Positions 58,817-64,000 of a DNA stretch of 64,000 bases are shown in pieces. Below the pieces are notes generated by a model. The model was given only the letters and a program-made list of their open reading frames with translations. It searched no databases and was not told the origin of the DNA. Both the position numbers and the translations under genes were made by a program. Source of the stretch: Candidatus Daviesbacteria bacterium (GTDB lineage Bacteria > Patescibacteriota > Microgenomatia > Daviesbacterales > UBA10151); NCBI GenBank assembly GCA_016432425.1, contig CP066688.1, forward strand, positions 212,368 through 276,367. Direction: 5' to 3'. Position 1 is the first letter of the stretch. Each line of letters begins with the position of its first letter.

Positions 58817-59245
58817 CTACGTCGGGATCACCTTTCTTTGAGTGGTGGGCGAGGCACCGGTGGCACTTTTCTCCACTCTCACCTTGGTACCTCTATTTAA
58901 AAATCCTTTTTTCTCTCTTAAAACTTGGGGCTCATTTTCTGCAGTAGTCACTGCTACCTCTTCTTGGGGAGTTTCAAACAAAGCAATTTTTTGGCCTTTT
59001 CTCACTAACACCATCGCCTTTTTAATATCCGGTAAACGGTAGTATTTCCTTTTACTTCGCTCCATTTTCTTTTGGCCGGGAATATTGACAGTTTTAACGG
59101 ACAAAACAGTAACTTTAAATTTATCGGCAACAATTTTTGCGATCGCTTTTTTTGTTGCATTTTTAGCCACTTCAAAAGTGTATAAACGTTTATCTGCTAA
59201 TTTCATTGATTTTTCAGTTACTTTTGGTTTTTGTAAAATAATCAT
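58817..59245 (-). CDS. rplW: 50S ribosomal protein L23 with ~50-aa C-terminal extension whose end resembles the L2 N-terminus
   Basis: L23 core ends around ...KIALFE. The extension ends ...KSATGASPTTQRKVIPT*. Confidence 0.8.
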   Translation of the reverse strand: MIILQKPKVTEKSMKLADKRLYTFEVAKNATKKAIAKIVADKFKVTVLSVKTVNIPGQKKMERSKRKYYRLPDIKKAMVLVRKGQKIALFETPQEEVAVTTAENEPQVLREKKGFLNRGTKVRVEKSATGASPTTQRKVIPT

Positions 59246-59853
59246 TTTCCTCCTAACTTACCTAAAGCATTTTTTTCAATTAACAGAATTTGGTGTTTTA
59301 AAATTTCGTAAGCGTTAAGTTGGTTCGCTGGCAAAACATTTATTTTTGGTAAATTATTAGTAGCCCGTACTACATTATTCAGTTTTTCGCTAGTCACAAT
59401 TAAAGCACTCCCAACTTTAATTTTTCCCAATAGTTTGGCCAACTGCTTAGTTTTACCGGAAGCTTTTTCTAAACCGGTCAGGCCCATTACCTCTTGATCT
59501 TTAGCTTTTGCTGACAGGGCTGAAAGCAAAGCCGCTTTTTTCATTTTTTTAGGTAATTCTAAATTTACCTTTCTTACGTTTGGTCCGAAAACCACCCCAC
59601 CACCCACAAAAATAGGTGCAGTTTTGGCTCCGTGTCGGGCCCGACCGGTTCCTTTTTGGCTCCAGGCTTTAGCCGTAGTACCTTTTACTTGTCCCCGGGT
59701 TTTAGTAGAAGCTAATATAATTTTTTGGTTAAAAGAATAAACTCGGGCAGCCTGAGCCAGTAATTTTTCATTAATTTTCCCTCCAAAAATTTCTTTTGGT
59801 AAAACCAATCTGCCACTAGCAAGCCCTGCTAGTGAATAAACTGGAATAGACAT
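59242..59853 (-). CDS. rplD: 50S ribosomal protein L4
   Basis: [12 protein letters not shown] motif. Start at the internal MSIPVY; the longest ORF, to 60015, would overlap rplC. Confidence 0.85.
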   Translation of the reverse strand: MSIPVYSLAGLASGRLVLPKEIFGGKINEKLLAQAARVYSFNQKIILASTKTRGQVKGTTAKAWSQKGTGRARHGAKTAPIFVGGGVVFGPNVRKVNLELPKKMKKAALLSALSAKAKDQEVMGLTGLEKASGKTKQLAKLLGKIKVGSALIVTSEKLNNVVRATNNLPKINVLPANQLNAYEILKHQILLIEKNALGKLGGK

Positions 59854-59926
59854 TTTGTCATTGCGAGTCCCGCCTCGGCGGGACGTGGCAATCTTGGTTG
59901 GCTTTTTATTTTGAACGGAAGTTTTT

Positions 59927-60760
59927 TTAACTCTTGGCATCTTCTGTTGCCTCCTCTTCTTTAGATATTTCAGAAGAAATCTGTGTATCAGTTTTGTCAG
60001 AATTATCAGACTCACTGGAATCCTGACCTTCTGGCTTTCTTAAGTTTTCAGAATTTTCTGAACTTTCCTCCTCTTCCTCAGGTTTTTCCTCTGGTGGAGG
60101 AGTATAACCTTTGATCCGACCTAGTTTAGTAATGGTGAGCAGTCCTCCGGTTGCCCCCGGCAGTCCCCCTTTAATAATTAATAAATTCTTTTCTTTGTCT
60201 AAACCAACGATTTCCAAATCTCTGACTGTCACAGTCTCCGCCCCCATGTGGCCGGCCATTCTTTTCCCTTTTAAAACTCTGCCCGGAGTGGTACCGGCAC
60301 CAATGGAACCAGGAGCCCGGTGGCGGTCAGATTGGCCGTGGGTTTTGGGCCCCCCATGGAAACCGTGTCTTTTGACCACTCCGGCAAATCCCTTACCCTT
60401 ACTCACCCCACTCACTTTAACTGCATCTCCAATTGAAAAAACCTGGTTCAGTTTAATCTCTGTTCCAGGCTGTATAGTCCCGAGCGTAGTCGAGGGATTC
60501 TCATTAATTCTTACTTCCCTAAACCATCTAATTTTTTGGTCAATTCCGGTCGCTTTGGCATGGCCAATTTGAGGTTTACGAACTGATCTTTTAATCCCAT
60601 ATCCTAACTGTATAGCGTTATATCCATCTTTTCCCTGACCACTTTTCATTTGTGTTATAACACTTGGTTTCATTTCCACCACAGTCGCCCCCACCCGTCT
60701 GCCGCGTGCATCATAAGTACTAGTCATATTCTTTTTAACCCCAAGTAATGTATTTAACAT
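59927..60760 (-). CDS. rplC: 50S ribosomal protein L3 with ~65-aa acidic C-terminal tail
   Basis: LGVKKNMTSTYDARGRRVGATVVE N-terminus. Tail PPPEEKPEEEEESSENSEN...EEEATEDAKS. Start at the internal MLNTLLG. Confidence 0.85.
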   Translation of the reverse strand: MLNTLLGVKKNMTSTYDARGRRVGATVVEMKPSVITQMKSGQGKDGYNAIQLGYGIKRSVRKPQIGHAKATGIDQKIRWFREVRINENPSTTLGTIQPGTEIKLNQVFSIGDAVKVSGVSKGKGFAGVVKRHGFHGGPKTHGQSDRHRAPGSIGAGTTPGRVLKGKRMAGHMGAETVTVRDLEIVGLDKEKNLLIIKGGLPGATGGLLTITKLGRIKGYTPPPEEKPEEEEESSENSENLRKPEGQDSSESDNSDKTDTQISSEISKEEEATEDAKS

Positions 60761-60984
60761 ATTTTTGCCAACAAAAAGAGTGAGGCCCATTGCTGGAACA
60801 CTCACTCAGTATTTCGCTTTTCAATCGCCGTATCCTTACGACGCGCGATCTACTGGTATTTATTAAACTAAAATATTAAGTTTTTACCATTTGCATGGTC
60901 TAAAAAGAATTTTAACAGGGTTTAGGCTTAAATGCAAGCAAAAGGAGAAGGCTACTTTTTAATTACACCTTCTTGTTCCATAAT

Positions 60985-61293
60985 TTACATTTTAACTTCT
61001 ATGTCGACACCAGCGGGCACCTCCATATGCATTAAAGAATCAATCGTCTTATCCGTAGGTTCTACAATATCAATTAATCTTTTGTGAGTTTTTATTTCAA
61101 AAGCTTCCCTGGCATCTTTGTCAGTATGGGGAGAAGTATTAACGGTAATTCTTTCAATTTTAGTAGGTAAGGGGATGGGGCCAACAATTTTGGCTCCAGT
61201 TCTAAGGGCTGTATCCAATAGGGACTCACAGGTACTATCCAGTACCCGATGGTCATAAGATTTTAAACGAATTCTTATTCTTCCTCTTGGCAT
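60985..61293 (-). CDS. rpsJ: 30S ribosomal protein S10
   Basis: 102 aa S10 family. Confidence 0.9.
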   Translation of the reverse strand: MPRGRIRIRLKSYDHRVLDSTCESLLDTALRTGAKIVGPIPLPTKIERITVNTSPHTDKDAREAFEIKTHKRLIDIVEPTDKTIDSLMHMEVPAGVDIEVKM

Positions 61294-61373
61294 AATATTC
61301 CCCTTTTAACGTGCGTTTATTTTAACATAAACCAACAAAAAGGGCCTTACGGCCCCATTCGATCCACTCTCTT

Positions 61374-62558
61374 TTAAGCTATGATCTTAGTAATAACTCC
61401 AGCTCCAACAGTTTTTCCACCCTCGCGGATAGCAAACCGCAATCCCTCTTCCATGGCTACCGGGGTAATTAATTTTACTGTTACTTTCACCGTATCCCCC
61501 GGCATGGCCATTTCCATACCTTCCGGAAGTTGCACTTCCCCAGTCACGTCAGTGGTTCTGATATAAAATTGTGGTCGGTAACCTTTAAAGAATGGGGTAT
61601 GTCTACCGCCCTCTTCTTTGCTTAAAATATAAACTTCTGCTTCAAACTCACTATGGGGAGTAATAGAACCTGGTTTGGCTAGTACTTGACCCCGTTCCAC
61701 ATCATCTTTTTCAATTCCTCGCAAAAGGATTCCGGCGTTATCTCCGGCTTCTCCTTGATCCAACATTTTGTGGAACATTTCAATTCCGGTAACCACTGAT
61801 TTTTTAGTTGGTCTAATTCCTACAATCTCAATTTCCTCATTAACTTTTACTGTACCTCTTTCAATTCTGCCGGTGACCACAGTTCCCCGACCTTTGATGG
61901 AAAAGACATCCTCTACTGCCATTAAAAATGCTTTATCAGTATCCCGGGTGGGGGTGGGGATCCATTCATCTACTTTAGCCATCAGCTCTTCAATTGATTT
62001 AACAGCTTCCGGGTCTCCCTCTAAAGCTTTTTTGGCGCTGCCGCGGATAATGGGACTTTGGGGGTCGTATTCATATTTTTTAAGCAAGTCCCTCACTTCT
62101 TCCTCTACCAAATCCAACAGTTCCGGATCATCTACCATGTCAGTTTTGTTAAGATACACAACGATAGCCGGCACTCCCACTTGGCGAGCCAGCAACAAAT
62201 GTTCTCTAGTTTGAGGCATGGGACCGTCCGGAGCAGACACTACCAAAATTGCTCCGTCAGTTTGAGCAGCCCCGGTGATCATGTTTTTGATATAGTCAGC
62301 ATGACCTGGCATGTCAATGTGAGCATAATGCCTGTTTTCAGTTTCGTATTCTTGGTGGGAAATGTTAATGGTAATACCACGCTGTTTTTCTTCTGGGGCA
62401 TTGTCAATTTGGTCAACTGAGCGGGCCTCGGCCATACCTTTGTCTGATAAGACTTTAGTAATAGCCGCAGTCAAGGTAGTTTTACCGTGGTCCACATGGC
62501 CCATGGTACCAATATTGACGTGTGGTTTAGTTCTTTCGTACTTTTTTGCGTCTGCCAT
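61374..62558 (-). CDS. tuf: Elongation factor Tu
   Basis: 394 aa. [15 protein letters not shown]-type and NKTD GTPase motifs. Confidence 0.95.
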   Translation of the reverse strand: MADAKKYERTKPHVNIGTMGHVDHGKTTLTAAITKVLSDKGMAEARSVDQIDNAPEEKQRGITINISHQEYETENRHYAHIDMPGHADYIKNMITGAAQTDGAILVVSAPDGPMPQTREHLLLARQVGVPAIVVYLNKTDMVDDPELLDLVEEEVRDLLKKYEYDPQSPIIRGSAKKALEGDPEAVKSIEELMAKVDEWIPTPTRDTDKAFLMAVEDVFSIKGRGTVVTGRIERGTVKVNEEIEIVGIRPTKKSVVTGIEMFHKMLDQGEAGDNAGILLRGIEKDDVERGQVLAKPGSITPHSEFEAEVYILSKEEGGRHTPFFKGYRPQFYIRTTDVTGEVQLPEGMEMAMPGDTVKVTVKLITPVAMEEGLRFAIREGGKTVGAGVITKIIA

Positions 62559-62684
62559 AAATAAATTTTGCCTTAAAAAATCAGCTTTGTCTACCCTGAG
62601 TTTATCGCAGGGTTAAGCTGAATAACAGTAAATATACTAAAGATAGCGCCAAAATGCAAGGGGGAATTAAAAAGGCAAATCTTC

Positions 62685-63503
62685 CTAAGGAATTAACCTA
62701 CTCAAAATTTTGCCCAAGAGGGACTCCGTGCTTTCTACCACCTGGCCATTTTCTGCTGAGACAAAAACTTCTACTGGAGTTTTAACTGGAATTAACCCTA
62801 ATAATTTATGTGTTTTTGTACCTTTAACTTTATAACCCAAGACCCCATTTTCTGTTTCCAGTTTGACCAAGCTGGGGACACTGCCTAAGTTGTTTTCTAC
62901 TTTTTCAGAAACTACATCGTCCATGATTTTGGCAGCCAGCATATTATCAATGGCCTGTTGAGGTAAAACTGCCACCACTTTAGACCCGGCCGGAGTGGTT
63001 ACGGTTAACTGGCGGGTAGTGGGGTCAACGGATAAAGGAAAGTTCAATAGTGCCCCCACTCTTTTGTGGACCAAGGCAATCTGGCCGGGGGCGGTGGCAA
63101 TATTAATATCCTCCCTTTCCAGTTCATTTTCCATTTCCTCTATCGCTTCATCTTCTGCCTCATCCTCCAGTTCTACTTCCTTTTCTGCTTCTTTAACTTT
63201 GGTCTCTATTTTAACTTTGTCATTTTTTACTTCAAATTTAATCCTTAAATTCCCCTCCCTAATTTCACTTTTAATTTTCTCCGGGGTTGTTTTAGTCTCC
63301 GCTCTGGAAGTTTCTTTAACTTCTTTAGTTTCCACTTTAACTGAATCATCCCCACCCTTGGCTAAAGACACTCCAGAGACATCAGATTTCCCATTATTGT
63401 AATGTCTATTAACAGGAATGAGCGAGGAAACAAATAGGGCTCCTGATAAACCCACTACTAAAACTAATAAATGAACAAAACCGCTTTCTTTCGAGGAGGA
63501 CAT
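62685..63503 (-). CDS. Hypothetical membrane-anchored protein with an acidic coiled-coil region (272 aa)
   Basis: N-terminal TM. Glu/Lys-rich repeat region. Located between fusA and tuf. Confidence 0.5.
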   Translation of the reverse strand: MSSSKESGFVHLLVLVVGLSGALFVSSLIPVNRHYNNGKSDVSGVSLAKGGDDSVKVETKEVKETSRAETKTTPEKIKSEIREGNLRIKFEVKNDKVKIETKVKEAEKEVELEDEAEDEAIEEMENELEREDINIATAPGQIALVHKRVGALLNFPLSVDPTTRQLTVTTPAGSKVVAVLPQQAIDNMLAAKIMDDVVSEKVENNLGSVPSLVKLETENGVLGYKVKGTKTHKLLGLIPVKTPVEVFVSAENGQVVESTESLLGKILSRLIP

Positions 63504-63838
63504 TAATTTCAGCTTAAAATAAAGTTACTGATTTTGTCAATCATCATCATTTTAGGTATAAATTTTAACCAAAATATTCTCGATCGAGAAGAAAATGAAA
63601 ATATTTAGTAATTATACACCCTGTCACCAAATTTTCTGATGTCAAAACTGCTTCCACTCTTGGGGTGGAATAAAAGGACACCTTAAGAGGACACCTGCGG
63701 ATATTTTACCAACCTTGAGCCTAAAAAAGATAAAGAAAGATTGTAACAAAATATTCAAAATGTTTACGATCGGAAACAAAATGCCACAATTTTGAATGCA
63801 CAAACCCGGTTTGGTAATTCGAATTCGATTTGTCAAAT

Positions 63839-64000
63839 TTAATGTTCCACCCTGCCTGTAAAGCCAGAGGTTTCAATGATTTTTTGGGTAATATTATTAG
63901 GCACTGGTTCATAATGGTCTGCTTCCATGTAATAAGTGGCTCTACCTTGGGACATACTCCTTATGGCTGTGGCATACCCATGCATTTCTGCCAAAGGCAC
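63839..64000 (-). CDS. fusA: Elongation factor G, C-terminal 53 aa (partial; gene continues past the window end)
   Basis: Hand translation gives ...[41 protein letters not shown]... This matches the EF-G C-terminus (MFGYAT.LRS.T.GR...ME...Y). Confidence 0.8.
   Translation of the reverse strand: MPLAEMHGYATAIRSMSQGRATYYMEADHYEPVPNNITQKIIETSGFTGRVEH

Noticed and set aside
1-64000. CRISPR arrays, rRNA genes, transposases or IS elements
   Set aside because: No regularly spaced short repeats, no rRNA-like conserved blocks, and no transposase-like ORFs were seen. The only repeats are those described at 34256-34336 and at 55404/55841.

Overview
This 64 kb window is a low-GC, gene-dense bacterial chromosome segment, almost entirely coded on the minus strand. 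Three lines of evidence point to a reduced, Patescibacteria/CPR-like genome. First, transketolase is split into separate N- and C-terminal genes. Second, there is no L30 gene between S5 and L15. Third, the locus carries a DUF5679 zinc-ribbon mini-protein, a compact RNase P RNA of about 297 nt, and two GT-C membrane glycosyltransferases. The standard genetic code is in use; TAG, TAA and TGA all terminate genes. Features in order: (1) Positions 1-3.9 kb hold a metal-resistance operon on the minus strand: csoR, a cupredoxin-like gene, the copA P-type ATPase, an ArsR-family regulator, and the 5' part of a merA-like flavin disulfide reductase. A perfect CsoR-type palindrome sits in the spacer of a consensus promoter. 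(2) A WrbA-type flavodoxin and a heme-His membrane protein, then a pentose-phosphate cluster (rpiB, rpe, split tkt, a LOG-family gene), a ROK kinase and a DUF360 protein. (3) Roughly 10.3-17.2 kb is a visibly more AT-rich accessory block ending at a tRNA-Gln(CTG) gene. It contains an SGNH hydrolase, a SAM methyltransferase, a GNAT, a P-loop kinase-like protein, a 525-aa HExxH protein, and a coupled gene pair. The second gene of the pair ends in an R-x5-H HEPN-like motif. (4) Housekeeping genes: gltX, dacA, aspS, recJ, cca, secD and secF (separated by two inserted genes), comM, rnpB, miaA, hup, rny, recX and recA. (5) Positions 45-62.6 kb hold the S10/spc/alpha ribosomal-protein super-operon (tuf to rpsI) plus secY, adk, map and infA. 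The 59-aa S14 and 38-aa L36 genes are too short for the supplied ORF track. A tRNA-Pro(GGG) gene and the 3' end of fusA are also present. The most unusual observations are: a ~95-bp direct repeat that gives uS17 and uL29 near-identical Lys-rich C-terminal tails; an in-frame TAG separating an L2-N-terminus-like segment (fused to L23) from the L2 ATG; and the tRNA-Gln-flanked accessory block with the HEPN-like pair.
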